This document shows positions 18,021 to 27,233 of a DNA stretch of 64,000 nucleotides, one piece after another. Below the pieces are notes generated by a model. The model worked only from the letters and a program-made list of their open reading frames with translations. It searched no databases and had not been told where the DNA came from. This stretch comes from Bacteroidota bacterium. GTDB lineage: Bacteria > Bacteroidota > Bacteroidia > AKYH767-A > 2013-40CM-41-45. Where the stretch lies: the NCBI GenBank assembly GCA_043787975.1, contig JAYVUK010000007.1, positions 18,553-82,552 of the forward strand. The letters are read 5' to 3'. Position 1 is the first letter of the stretch; each line of letters opens with the position of its first letter. The position numbers and the translations under genes were made by a program.

Positions 18021-20087
18021 TTACCTTACAAATCGTATTAGTAAAATTTCGATGGCAAGAAATATCAACGCAAGCAGCACACAATATTTCCAGAGTCGTA
18101 CACCTTCCGTTAACTGGGCAATCGTATGGGTTAAATCCACGCTTTCAGGATTGATATTATTGAGTTTCAAGTCACTTCGCTTTTGAATTATTTCAGTCAG
18201 GTCATCCGGACTAAAACAACTTAGTTCAGATTCATTCCTGTCATAATTAAATGAAAGGTAAGACTGAATTTTGTTCTCACCGGTCAATGCATAGTTGCCT
18301 GCTTTTTTAATTTGATCATGTACCGAAATATAAGATTTACTTTCAACATTTTTTATTTCAGGGATGATGTCAAATTTTATTTCATCATTCTTCAAATGAA
18401 AAACATTCTCTCCATTATTCACGAGGTTCCCAGACTCAATTTCTTCATCCCTTCCGATGATCAATGAAGGGTGAATCTCAGACGATGCCCTGAACGCAGC
18501 TTTTAGCATGATCGGAACAAAAATAGCGTGTCGTGGCAAATTACTGAATGCTTCATTCAATGGAACTGAAGAAAGATAAACGCTTCCCTTTTTATAGTCA
18601 TTCAGGAAAAGAAACGTATTGCCGCTGAGCAGCTTTAAGAGTGTTTCTTCTTTAGTTTTCAGATTTTTGCTGATTTGGAAATATTTTTTCACAACAGGTA
18701 AGTCAAGATTTTCCGGAACTGATTTTTTATTTTCAAAAACATCCGCAAAGATGGAATGTTGTGATTCGATCTTTGCCACTTTATCCTCTGCAGTGATTAG
18801 TTGCACCGGATAATTAATTCCAAGCGGTTCCAGAAAACCGCGGTAGCTTACAAAGTCTGTTTCAGCAGAAGGAAAGATGAATGCTGTTCCTCCATTCTCA
18901 ATGTATTTTTTTAACTCCTGCGTCAATCCCGATGAAATTTCTTTCACTTCATTCAAAAGAATTAATTGATAGGTCTTGAAAGAAGAATAATCAACCTGGT
19001 TCACGGAGGCATTGTTCAGAATAAAATACGTGTCGTTCCCGAAAAGAGCCTGCAGGTAAGGATTCGGAGAACTTCCATTCACAGCCAGAACATTCAGATG
19101 ATCCTTTACATCAAACGAGAAAAAATAATTGTCATCGAATGTAACCGGGTAATCGGTGATTGAAACCTGTGCTTGCTGCCATCCTGCTTCAGTAATTGTG
19201 AACGAGAGTTTCGCTTCAGCACTTCCTTTTGCTTCCACCTTTACGCTCGACAATGCTTTCTGAACTCCGTTAATCATGAGTTTAACAGGAATATTTTCTG
19301 CTGACTCCGATGAGTTATTTCGGATCTTCACGATCAGCTCGTTCACCGAATTGATTTGGATGAATGGTGTACTCATCCGGCATGTGTCAATAAACAAATT
19401 GTTCACTTTTGTCGGCACCACCGGGACAAGACTGATGGAAAGATTGGTATCTGATTTTATCTCCTCAAGATCAGATGTAGTCTTCTGAAAGTCCGATATT
19501 TCATAAGCAAGCTTTCCTGCTCTTGCATCAATTCCTTCGGCATGGTTCAACGCTTCGGCTTGTCTTGAAACAACCTCATCCAGCTTCTTTACAGAAGCTG
19601 TTGTCTGCACTTCGTCAACGAGTTGAAGGAATTCATCTCTATTTAATAACCGCTGATGGCGGGCTTCAAAATCGTTGGTGAGCAATTGAAAACGGTCGGT
19701 AGTTTTATAAGCTTGAACAATTTCGCGTGCTTTCTTTTTTGCAGTTTCGATCAGGCTTCCGTTTTTTCCAAGCGCATCCATGCTGAATGAGTTGTCGATG
19801 TAAACACTCACAGCCCTGGTTCCTGACATGACAACTCCTTTTGTTGCCGGGATATAAGGTTGAGCAAAGGCAAGAACGAGAAAAGAAACGGCAAGTATTC
19901 TTGATAACAGGATAAGAAGATGTTTTATCTTGGAACGGGACTGCGTATCTTGTTTTATTTCACGAAGAAAACGAACATTCGTAAAGTAAATCTTCTTGAA
20001 CTTTCTGAAATTGAAGAGGTGGACGATAACCGGAATTGCGAGAGCTGAAAGGGCAAAAAGAAATCCGGGATAAATAAAATTCATAGT
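18021..20087 (-). CDS. BatA-like protein with an N-terminal double transmembrane domain plus a vWA domain
   Basis: The motif HLFNFRK follows the first TM helix, and a vWA-like segment (VYIDNSFSMD) is present. The probable true start is the internal MNFIYPGFLF; the ORF track extends it upstream to 20162. Confidence 0.6.
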   Translation of the reverse strand, partial: TMNFIYPGFLFALSALAIPVIVHLFNFRKFKKIYFTNVRFLREIKQDTQSRSKIKHLLILLSRILAVSFLVLAFAQPYIPATKGVVMSGTRAVSVYIDNSFSMDALGKNGSLIETAKKKAREIVQAYKTTDRFQLLTNDFEARHQRLLNRDEFLQLVDEVQTTASVKKLDEVVSRQAEALNHAEGIDARAGKLAYEISDFQKTTSDLEEIKSDTNLSISLVPVVPTKVNNLFIDTCRMSTPFIQINSVNELIVKIRNNSSESAENIPVKLMINGVQKALSSVKVEAKGSAEAKLSFTITEAGWQQAQVSITDYPVTFDDNYFFSFDVKDHLNVLAVNGSSPNPYLQALFGNDTYFILNNASVNQVDYSSFKTYQLILLNEVKEISSGLTQELKKYIENGGTAFIFPSAETDFVSYRGFLEPLGINYPVQLITAEDKVAKIESQHSIFADVFENKKSVPENLDLPVVKKYFQISKNLKTKEETLLKLLSGNTFLFLNDYKKGSVYLSSVPLNEAFSNLPRHAIFVPIMLKAAFRASSEIHPSLIIGRDEEIESGNLVNNGENVFHLKNDEIKFDIIPEIKNVESKSYISVHDQIKKAGNYALTGENKIQSYLSFNYDRNESELSCFSPDDLTEIIQKRSDLKLNNINPESVDLTHTIAQLTEGVRLWKYCVLLALIFLAIEILLIRFVR

Positions 20088-20188
20088 GTGCGAAGATAAT
20101 GTGATAATGTGATAATTCGATAATGTACTGATGTGAAAATTTAGTCCACGGTCAACAGTCAACTGTGGAATGTCAACTGTGAACCTTT

Positions 20189-20968
20189 CTAAAACTTCTC
20201 AAACACTCCCAATCCGAACAAGGCAAAATCATATTTTACAGGGTCATTTGAATCAAACTTTTTCAGATTGTTTGTCAATTCTACTGTTGCTTTCCAGTCG
20301 TTTTGCTTTCGCTTTAACAAGCCGAGTTTCCTGGCAACTCTTCCTGAATGCACATCCAGAGGACACAGTAAATAGGAAGGAGATATTTCCTTCCAGATGC
20401 CGAAATCAACACTTGATTTATCCTTTCTCACCATCCAACGCAGAAACATGTTTAAACGCTTGGCAGCAGAGCCGGTAGACGGATCAGAAAAATGTTTTTC
20501 ATTTCTTTTCAGATGCTGAAGTTCAAAGAACACCTTGCGTGCATTAAGAATTGAATGAAGAATATCAGCATTATCATTCAGGTTATTTGTAGCAAAAATG
20601 GTTGAAAGACTTGTATGATTCTTATAGATATTCTGCAACGATTTTAAAAAGAAGATACAGTCATCAGCATGAAAAGTCCGGTGAACAAACTTCCGGAAAG
20701 GATCGAGGTCATCTTCAGTAAAGTTTGAAATGAATTGGTGGGGATCATCATCCATCCAGCGCATGAGCTGGCGTGCATTACGAAGAATTGTTTTGCGTTG
20801 ACCCCAGGCAATGGTTGCAGAAAGGAAACCGGCAATTTCAATGTCTTCCTTTTTTGAAAACAGGTGAGGAATAGAAACAGGATCCGTTTCAATGAATTTA
20901 CTGTTGTTGTAAAGAAAAAACTTCTCCTCCAAAAAATCCTGTAGTTCTGCTGCCTTCAGCTTTCTCAT
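20189..20968 (-). CDS. DUF2400/TIGR02757-family conserved hypothetical protein
   Basis: The N-terminal pattern FIETDPVSIPHLFSKKEDIEIAGFLSATIAWGQRK resembles that family. Confidence 0.55.
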   Translation of the reverse strand: MRKLKAAELQDFLEEKFFLYNNSKFIETDPVSIPHLFSKKEDIEIAGFLSATIAWGQRKTILRNARQLMRWMDDDPHQFISNFTEDDLDPFRKFVHRTFHADDCIFFLKSLQNIYKNHTSLSTIFATNNLNDNADILHSILNARKVFFELQHLKRNEKHFSDPSTGSAAKRLNMFLRWMVRKDKSSVDFGIWKEISPSYLLCPLDVHSGRVARKLGLLKRKQNDWKATVELTNNLKKFDSNDPVKYDFALFGLGVFEKF

Positions 20969-21015
20969 TCGTCAGCGAAAATACACGAATCGTTTAACGC
21001 GTTAAAAATAATTTT

Positions 21016-21456
21016 TCAGAATAGATTGGAGCTAATGAGGTTAATATCGATGGGTTTGTGGAAGAATCTGATTACACTTTTAAACATCAGCGCCCGGTGC
21101 CTATCCATTGCATTTCGGGAGGACGTAACCACAATAATTTTGCATTTGTTCCTCACAAACTCACCCAACTTGCTGAACTCTGCAAGGAATTCAAAACCGC
21201 TCATCAGAGGCATGTTGAGATCGAGGAAAATGATATCGGGAACCTCACTAAGCCGGTCAATATTTTTTAAGAAATCAATGACCCGTTCAGCATTCCTTTC
21301 CTCGTGAATCTCTTTGGCAAATGAAATTTTATTCAAAATTGTCCGGCTAACAAACAGATCCACTTCGCTGTCATCAATCAACAATACTTTTTTGAAACGC
21401 GGAGTTGGTTTTACGTCAGGTGGATAACTGGTTGGATCAAGTCTTTTTGCAGCCAT
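21016..21456 (-). CDS. Stand-alone receiver-domain response regulator (CheY-like)
   Basis: It has the LLIDDSEVD acid pocket, the phospho-acceptor context IIFLDLNMP and a conserved Lys region (HKP). There is no output domain and no adjacent kinase. Confidence 0.8.
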   Translation of the reverse strand: MAAKRLDPTSYPPDVKPTPRFKKVLLIDDSEVDLFVSRTILNKISFAKEIHEERNAERVIDFLKNIDRLSEVPDIIFLDLNMPLMSGFEFLAEFSKLGEFVRNKCKIIVVTSSRNAMDRHRALMFKSVIRFFHKPIDINLISSNLF

Positions 21457-21792
21457 GAGTTAACGGGTTTTGAGTTAAGTTAGGTCAAAAGTATTCCGTC
21501 TATACTCTTATTAAAAGGGACAACTCCAAAAGAATGAGACATGTAATAATTAAAAAAATGATCAAAATTATTAAAATAATTTAATAAAATATTCAAGTAA
21601 TGAAATTAAAGTATGAAGTATTTTACTTCACTAAATCAAATTTTATTATTGATTTTAAATGACCTATAATTTTGTTAATAAATAAAATTTGGACAAAAAA
21701 ATTTTTACCCCAACTTGCATAAAAGTTAGACATAAAAATAATTAAAATGAGAAAATCTCGCTTTTAATTAGGACTGATTGATACGCTAAATT

Positions 21793-21990
21793 TTATTGTA
21801 TTGGATCCACATTATCTCCAATCACAATTGCATCCAAAGCACCATCACCACCTAGTGTTTGGTAATCTGCATTGTTCTTCATCTGTTGGATGACGTCTTG
21901 TTTGTTGAGTTCACCGGAACCAACAAGCTTTCCTTGGTCGTTATAAGAAAATCCAAAAGAAAGCAATACTGAAATGAGTAATTGTAACAT
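21793..21990 (-). CDS. Candidate small secreted peptide (65 aa; N-terminal hydrophobic signal then an acidic 48-aa region)
   Basis: MLQLLISVLLSFGFS looks like a signal sequence. Its codon usage and GC are more gene-like than the flanking AT-rich DNA. It is divergent from the 515-aa gene. It is not validated. Confidence 0.35.
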   Translation of the reverse strand: MLQLLISVLLSFGFSYNDQGKLVGSGELNKQDVIQQMKNNADYQTLGGDGALDAIVIGDNVDPIQ

Positions 21991-22104
21991 GTTTTAAGTT
22001 GATTTAATTGTTTAACTATACTAATATAAATTATTGATTAAATGAAATATATGAATAATTCATAATATCCTTACAAATTAAGAAAATAATTAACAAAATA
22101 GCAA

Positions 22105-23652
22105 ATGAATTCACTAAATATATTAAGAAGTGTCCTTTATAAACTTAAAAAAGAAGAGGTTAAATCACTTATTAATTTTCTCAAATACCATCAAAAACAA
22201 GTAAAGGATCAATCTTTAAAAAGCATTAAGCTTGTGAAACTGCTCTTATCGAAAAGGGATATTTCCTCAAATGATCTCCAACTTTTACTTTATAAAAAAT
22301 TAAATTATCATGCTTTTACTAAGCTTATTAATCGTTTAAAAGATAAGATTTATGAAATAATACTATTTGATGGCAATCTTGGGAGACTGGAAAATTATGG
22401 ACGAAGAAATCGAGCAATCTTTGATTTAAGGAAAAAGCTTTTGCAAAGTGAAGTGATGTATTTGAGAGGAATGAATGATGAAATTGAAGGATTCCAAAAC
22501 AGGATAATTACCTCTGCTAAACAATACGAAATTTATGATGCATTAATAGAAGCGTTACAAGCCAAACAACGGTATCTGTCCTTCCGATCTGGCTCTGCCG
22601 CAAATCTGAAGATCAAAAAAGAAATTATCTTTTTTGAAAAGAGCAGAAAAGCGTACAGCATTGCCCTCGATATCTACAATTCGCTTTCTGCTAAGATTAA
22701 TTTTTCTTCTTCCTATTTGGACTATAAAGATGAGCTGGATCAAGCATTAGAAAAATTAAAAGCAGATTATGAAGAGACTAACTCATCATCTGTAGGATAT
22801 TATTATTTGTTCCTATTAACAGAGTATTACCAGAACAATTCTGATTTTTCAAATGCTCAAAAAACATTACTCCGTTTAAAAGAATTACTTGAAAACAACA
22901 TTGCTATTTATACCAAATTTAGAATCGGGATCACTATTGTAAATATTGCGAACAATAGACTTCTGATGTATGATTTTAAAGATAGCTTATTACATTCCAA
23001 AGATGCACTTCATTTTTTTTCGGATAGTGTTGTCAATACAGGAGTTGCAAAAGAAATCGAGTTTTATGCTCTATTTTATTCTGATAAAATTACAGAATCC
23101 GAACAATTAATCGAAGAATTATATCACGCTTCGCGTACCTCTAAAACGCCTTTCCTTTATAGCAAACGAGCGTATCTTTTAGCATGTCTCAAAACATTAA
23201 AAGGCGAGTTCAATCACTCCGCTGAATTGCTTTCTGAAGTAAGCGAGATTGAAAAAGACAAAGAAGGATGGAACATCGGAAAACGGATTCTAACCATCAT
23301 TAACCGCATTGAGATGAATGATTTTGAATCGGTGGATTTGCAGGTTCAGAATTTAGAAAAGCACATTAAACGAACGCTAAAGAGCAAGCATGTTCGCAAG
23401 AGAAATATTTTCATTCTGCGCATCCTTTTAAAACTAATCAACGAGCAGTTCGATTTTCAAAAAGTTTATAAAAACCGTGTGCGCTATTTCAATTTACTCG
23501 AATCAGATCATGTTGATTATCGCTGGCAAATCAAAAGTCCTGAGTTAATTATCTTTCACGAATGGTTCAAAAGTAAAATGGAAAATCGCCCTTACAACCA
23601 TGTTGCCGCTATTGAAAAAGAGAAAGAACACAGTCTCGCTGTGAACAGTTGA
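22105..23652 (+). CDS. Hypothetical 515-aa all-alpha, TPR-like protein rich in Lys, Glu, Leu and Asn
   Basis: It is a long uninterrupted ORF in an AT-rich island. No enzymatic motif or TM segment was seen. Confidence 0.6.
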   Translation: MNSLNILRSVLYKLKKEEVKSLINFLKYHQKQVKDQSLKSIKLVKLLLSKRDISSNDLQLLLYKKLNYHAFTKLINRLKDKIYEIILFDGNLGRLENYGRRNRAIFDLRKKLLQSEVMYLRGMNDEIEGFQNRIITSAKQYEIYDALIEALQAKQRYLSFRSGSAANLKIKKEIIFFEKSRKAYSIALDIYNSLSAKINFSSSYLDYKDELDQALEKLKADYEETNSSSVGYYYLFLLTEYYQNNSDFSNAQKTLLRLKELLENNIAIYTKFRIGITIVNIANNRLLMYDFKDSLLHSKDALHFFSDSVVNTGVAKEIEFYALFYSDKITESEQLIEELYHASRTSKTPFLYSKRAYLLACLKTLKGEFNHSAELLSEVSEIEKDKEGWNIGKRILTIINRIEMNDFESVDLQVQNLEKHIKRTLKSKHVRKRNIFILRILLKLINEQFDFQKVYKNRVRYFNLLESDHVDYRWQIKSPELIIFHEWFKSKMENRPYNHVAAIEKEKEHSLAVNS

Positions 23653-23658
23653 GTTGAG

Positions 23659-24252
23659 TTATTTCGTACTGATTAACAAAGTGCCGTATAAAAGAAAACT
23701 TCCCAGGCAACCGATTCCAAAATTTTTCATCACATGACTGCCCTTTTTGTCTTTCGCCTTTGCTACATAACCGTTAAAATAATCGGGATTGCTTAAAAGG
23801 TTTTGATCCGGGCATCCGAGATTTTCCTTGCGTGGAGGAGTCGCAGAAAATGCAACTGCCGGAATAACTCCAATTGCATTGAGAGGAAGCGTCAACCCAA
23901 GCGTCCATCTTGCAGCAGGTTTATAATTCGTGTAATAAATCTCCGCATCATGTTGCCCTTTCAGGTACATTTCACTCAGTGGTTGGATGGCAGGCTTAAC
24001 CTGCCTGGTTGGAGAAACAAGGTTAAATGTATCCACGCTTCCATTTTGATAGCGAATCAGGCTTAGCTCGCTTTTCGGAAGCACGTAAGAAGGTCCTTCG
24101 ATGTTTTCAAACTTCTTATACCTGATATCACTTTTGTCAATTTCGAGAACTTTGGCAGGAATGCGTGTTCCGTTTTTCTGAACAATGGTATCCTGAGCAT
24201 AAGAAAACCGGTTGAGAAAAAGGAGGAAGACAAAAAGGAGCAGGTGTTTCAT
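23659..24252 (-). CDS. Hypothetical secreted protein with an N-terminal signal peptide and a C-terminal hydrophobic anchor
   Basis: The signal is MKHLLLFVFLLFLNRFSYAQ and the C-terminus is GIGCLGSFLLYGTLLIS. Confidence 0.5.
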   Translation of the reverse strand: MKHLLLFVFLLFLNRFSYAQDTIVQKNGTRIPAKVLEIDKSDIRYKKFENIEGPSYVLPKSELSLIRYQNGSVDTFNLVSPTRQVKPAIQPLSEMYLKGQHDAEIYYTNYKPAARWTLGLTLPLNAIGVIPAVAFSATPPRKENLGCPDQNLLSNPDYFNGYVAKAKDKKGSHVMKNFGIGCLGSFLLYGTLLISTK

Positions 24253-24345
24253 CGCTGCAATAATACAAACAGTTCAACGAATTATTACATCGTAAATTAA
24301 TCATTCCCGGTTGCTTATTGAGTTCATCTGCTTCCGGGATAGTCA

Positions 24346-24382
24346 TAAAAAAAATGCAGGATCTGTGACCCTGCATTTTTTT
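24346..24382. terminator. Bidirectional rho-independent terminator
   Basis: The stem TGCAGG/CCTGCA with loop ATCTGTGA is flanked by an A8 run upstream and a T8 run downstream. Confidence 0.5.
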
Positions 24383-24404
24383 TATTTTGTGTCAAGAAGA
24401 AAAA

Positions 24405-24803
24405 TTATTTGCTCTTCTTGTTTTCATGATGTTGTTTATGCTGACCATAATGATGACCATTATTCTTATGTTCTTTGTTCTGTCCATAATGGTTACCATT
24501 ATCTTCATGCTTTGCTTTTTTGTCTTGCTGAATATCTTTTTTGTCATTTTTCAATTCAGCCTTGTCACCTTTGATTTCTGCTTTGTCTGCCTTTGCCTGA
24601 ACTTTATTGCCGGCAACTTTATCCTGTTTCAAATTTTGTTTGTCATTCTTAAGCTCGGCTTTGTCTTGTTTAATTTCAACCCGGTCTTGCTTAATGTCAG
24701 ATTTCGTAGCAGGAGTTGTTGCTGCATTCGCAGCAGGAGTTGTTTGTGCAAATGCAGAAGCAGTAAATACGACGGCAACTGCGAGGCTCATTAATTTTTT
24801 CAT
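24405..24803 (-). CDS. Secreted low-complexity protein with Lys/Asp/Gln-rich repeats and a His-rich tail
   Basis: It has the signal MKKLMSLAVAVVFTASAFA. Repeats of the form KxDKAELKNDK are followed by HYGQNKEHKNNGHHYGQHKQHH. The DNA is visibly repetitive at 24420-24720. Confidence 0.6.
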   Translation of the reverse strand: MKKLMSLAVAVVFTASAFAQTTPAANAATTPATKSDIKQDRVEIKQDKAELKNDKQNLKQDKVAGNKVQAKADKAEIKGDKAELKNDKKDIQQDKKAKHEDNGNHYGQNKEHKNNGHHYGQHKQHHENKKSK

Positions 24804-24987
24804 ATTGTTTTCTGTTTTAGTTTTGAGCTGCTAAGATGGGTACAAATGCCTAAAGGTTTAATGAAGTTTAATTTAATTATTCAGAAAGCATTCCTAATTC
24901 AAAGAAAAGACGCTGAATTTTGATCAAAAGTAATTTTTCCGTTACAAATTGTTTTACTTTGCATTGATTTCTTGATCAATCAAAATT

Positions 24988-25272
24988 ATGATTCAATCGA
25001 AATTAATAGTGAAGGAAGATATTCCGAAGTTGAAAATTCCGAACAGGGAGGTTTTAGCAAGCGAAGAAGAAATACGCAAACGAAAATCAGATTTGGAAAA
25101 CGCAATGAAGCTTGGCAACAATGAGCATAACAAAGTGAAAATAGTTTTCCAGAGTGAAGAAGGAGTCATGATGGTGGAAACCACGGTATGGGAAATGACA
25201 CAAAACTATGTCATCCTGAAATCCAATACCCACATGCCAATTCGCAGCATTCATCACATCGAACTGCTATAA
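24988..25272 (+). CDS. Hypothetical small protein (94 aa)
   Basis: It is an ORF only, with no recognised family. Confidence 0.35.
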   Translation: MIQSKLIVKEDIPKLKIPNREVLASEEEIRKRKSDLENAMKLGNNEHNKVKIVFQSEEGVMMVETTVWEMTQNYVILKSNTHMPIRSIHHIELL

Positions 25273-25345
25273 TACCTGACAAAGTGCTATGAGAAATTAC
25301 TCGGTGCAATAGTTGACAAACCCGCAAACTTAAAACACAAACACT

Positions 25346-25921
25346 ATGAAAAAATACACCATCTGGATTGTACTTGGAGTTTTAGTATTGATAGGTATCG
25401 TTGGATACAATGGATTAGTCGGTTCACGCGAAAACGTAAACAAAGCGTGGGCAAATGTTGAAACTTCTTATCAACGCAGGGCTGACTTGGTTCCGAACTT
25501 AGTAAGCACGGTAAAAGGAGCTGCTGATTTTGAAAAGTCAACATTGGAAGCCGTGACGCAGGCAAGAGCCAATGCCACTTCCATGCACATTGACGCAAAT
25601 GATCTTACTCCTGAAAAGTTGCAGCAATTCCAGCAAGCACAATCACAACTGAGCGGAGCGCTCGGACGGTTGCTGGCAGTTGCCGAAAATTATCCTCAGC
25701 TGAAAGCCGTTCAGGGTTTCCAGGATTTGCAGGCACAATTGGAAGGAACTGAAAACCGCATCAATGAAGCGCGCAGACAATTCAACGAAGCCGCACAGTC
25801 ATACAATACTGCGCGTCAAAAATTTCCACGCGTGATCATAGCTAGTCTTTTTGGGTTTAAAGACAAACCTTATTACGAAGCAGATAAAGGATCTGAGAAG
25901 GCTCCTACCGTTAAATTCTGA
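25346..25921 (+). CDS. lemA: LemA family protein
   Basis: An N-terminal TM helix is followed by the conserved ...ETSYQRRADLVPNLV... LemA signature. Confidence 0.85.
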   Translation: MKKYTIWIVLGVLVLIGIVGYNGLVGSRENVNKAWANVETSYQRRADLVPNLVSTVKGAADFEKSTLEAVTQARANATSMHIDANDLTPEKLQQFQQAQSQLSGALGRLLAVAENYPQLKAVQGFQDLQAQLEGTENRINEARRQFNEAAQSYNTARQKFPRVIIASLFGFKDKPYYEADKGSEKAPTVKF

Positions 25922-26358
25922 TGAGTGCAGAAAATAATTTTTCAGACACGGATCGTGAACTGATTCTCGCTTCTGTAAAAGCAGCCGAGAAGAATACATC
26001 AGGAGAAATACGCTTGTTCATTGAAGAAACCTGCAATGAAAATGTATTGGATCGCGCTGCTTTTATTTTCAAAGAACTTAAGATGCATGAAACCAAACAA
26101 CGCAATGGTGTGTTGTTTTATCTTGCTCTGAAGTCGCGTAAGTTTGCCATTCTTGGCGATGCGGGAATTCATTCCTCGGTACACAAGGATTTCTGGCATG
26201 ACATCAAACTTGAAATGCAACATCATTTCACCGAGGGAGATTTTGTTAGCGGTTTGAACAAAGGAATACGAATGGCGGGAGAAACATTACAAAAGAAATT
26301 CCCGTGCCGGAAAAATGATGCAAATGAATTGTCGGATGATATTGTTTTTGGAAAGTAA
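25921..26358 (+). CDS. TPM-domain protein (TLP18.3/Psb32/MOLO-1 phosphatase-like)
   Basis: Its start overlaps the lemA stop. The fold pattern GEIRLFIEE...GVLFYLAL...AILGD is TPM-like. Confidence 0.7.
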   Translation: MSAENNFSDTDRELILASVKAAEKNTSGEIRLFIEETCNENVLDRAAFIFKELKMHETKQRNGVLFYLALKSRKFAILGDAGIHSSVHKDFWHDIKLEMQHHFTEGDFVSGLNKGIRMAGETLQKKFPCRKNDANELSDDIVFGK

Positions 26359-26374
26359 TAATGAATAAATAATA

Positions 26375-27184
26375 ATGAATAAAGTGCTTTATACGTTGAA
26401 AAATCTATCAGCTAATATTTTTATTACTTTTTCATTATTACTTATTCCTTTTTTTTCTCTCGCTGATGATTTCCCTGAACGTTCTAACACCCTCGTTACC
26501 GATTACACAAGTACGCTTAGCCAACAGGAGCAAATTTCTCTTGAGCAAAAGCTGGTTGCCTTCAATGATTCGACCTCAACGCAAATTGCAGTGGTCGTTT
26601 TACGTTCTGTCGGTGGCTATGACATTTCAGATTATACCGTTCAGCTTTTTAATAAATGGAAAATCGGACAAGAGAAAAAAAACAACGGTGTACTCATCCT
26701 GGTTGCGAAAGAAGACCGAAAAATGTGGATCACAACAGGACATGGTATCGAAGGCGTACTGCCTGATGTGCTTTGTAAAAGAATCATTGAAAAAGACATC
26801 GTTCCAAATTTCAAAGCCGGAGATTTTTACCAGGGTCTTGACCAGGCAACCAATTCAATCATGTCCATCGTAAAAGGAGAATTTACTGCCGATGAATACA
26901 TGAAACACAAAACAAATAAAAATGTTCCATGGTTTCCTTTCCTGATGTTTATTTTTATTTTCGTGATCGTAATTTTTTCTAAAGTTTCACGGACAAGAAG
27001 ATATGCGAGTACAAATCATTTGGGTTTCTGGGCCGCCTGGGCATTGCTGAATGCAGCATCAAACAGAAGTCGTGGTTCGTGGGGAGGATTTTCGGGAGGC
27101 GGCGGCTTTGGAAGTGGTGGTGGAGGATTCGGTGGCTTTGGTGGTGGAAGTTCCGGTGGCGGTGGTGCCGGCGGAAGTTGGTAA
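26375..27184 (+). CDS. TPM-domain protein, YgcG-like, with a TM helix and a Gly-rich C-terminal tail
   Basis: It has a signal peptide, a TPM core (TQIAVVVLRSVGGYDISDY...GVLILVAKEDRKMWI), a TM helix and a (GGGF)n tail. Confidence 0.75.
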   Translation: MNKVLYTLKNLSANIFITFSLLLIPFFSLADDFPERSNTLVTDYTSTLSQQEQISLEQKLVAFNDSTSTQIAVVVLRSVGGYDISDYTVQLFNKWKIGQEKKNNGVLILVAKEDRKMWITTGHGIEGVLPDVLCKRIIEKDIVPNFKAGDFYQGLDQATNSIMSIVKGEFTADEYMKHKTNKNVPWFPFLMFIFIFVIVIFSKVSRTRRYASTNHLGFWAAWALLNAASNRSRGSWGGFSGGGGFGSGGGGFGGFGGGSSGGGGAGGSW

Positions 27185-27200
27185 CGATTTAAATCGCTAC

Positions 27201-27220
27201 AGGTCGCAGACCTTTTTTTT
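27201..27220 (+). terminator. Short hairpin plus T8 run after the ygcG-like gene
   Basis: The sequence is AGGTC-GCA-GACCT followed by TTTTTTTT. Confidence 0.3.
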
Positions 27221-27233
27221 ACCTTCGTCAACT

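Noticed and set aside
20088-20162. Upstream extension of the BatA-like gene (MTVDRG...)
   Set aside because: It begins with a non-ATG start and precedes the conserved MNFIYPGF...HLFNFRK N-terminus. Local base-level reading was ambiguous, so the internal Met was preferred.
24387-24834. Plus-strand ORFs (135 aa and 75 aa) overlapping the Lys/His-rich protein gene
   Set aside because: They are antisense frames through a low-complexity repeat region with hydrophobic nonsense composition. The minus-strand gene has a proper signal peptide and terminator.
27016-27231. Minus-strand ORF encoding a proline-rich peptide (PPPPELPPPKPP...)
   Set aside because: It is the mirror image of the Gly-rich (GGC/GGT)n tail of the YgcG-like gene on the plus strand, so it is a frame artefact rather than a gene.
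27051-27233. Long N-terminal extension of the ABC substrate-binding protein ORF
   Set aside because: The extension overlaps the upstream gene's Gly-rich tail and a terminator-like hairpin. A lipoprotein signal starts at the internal Met (27234), which is the credible start.
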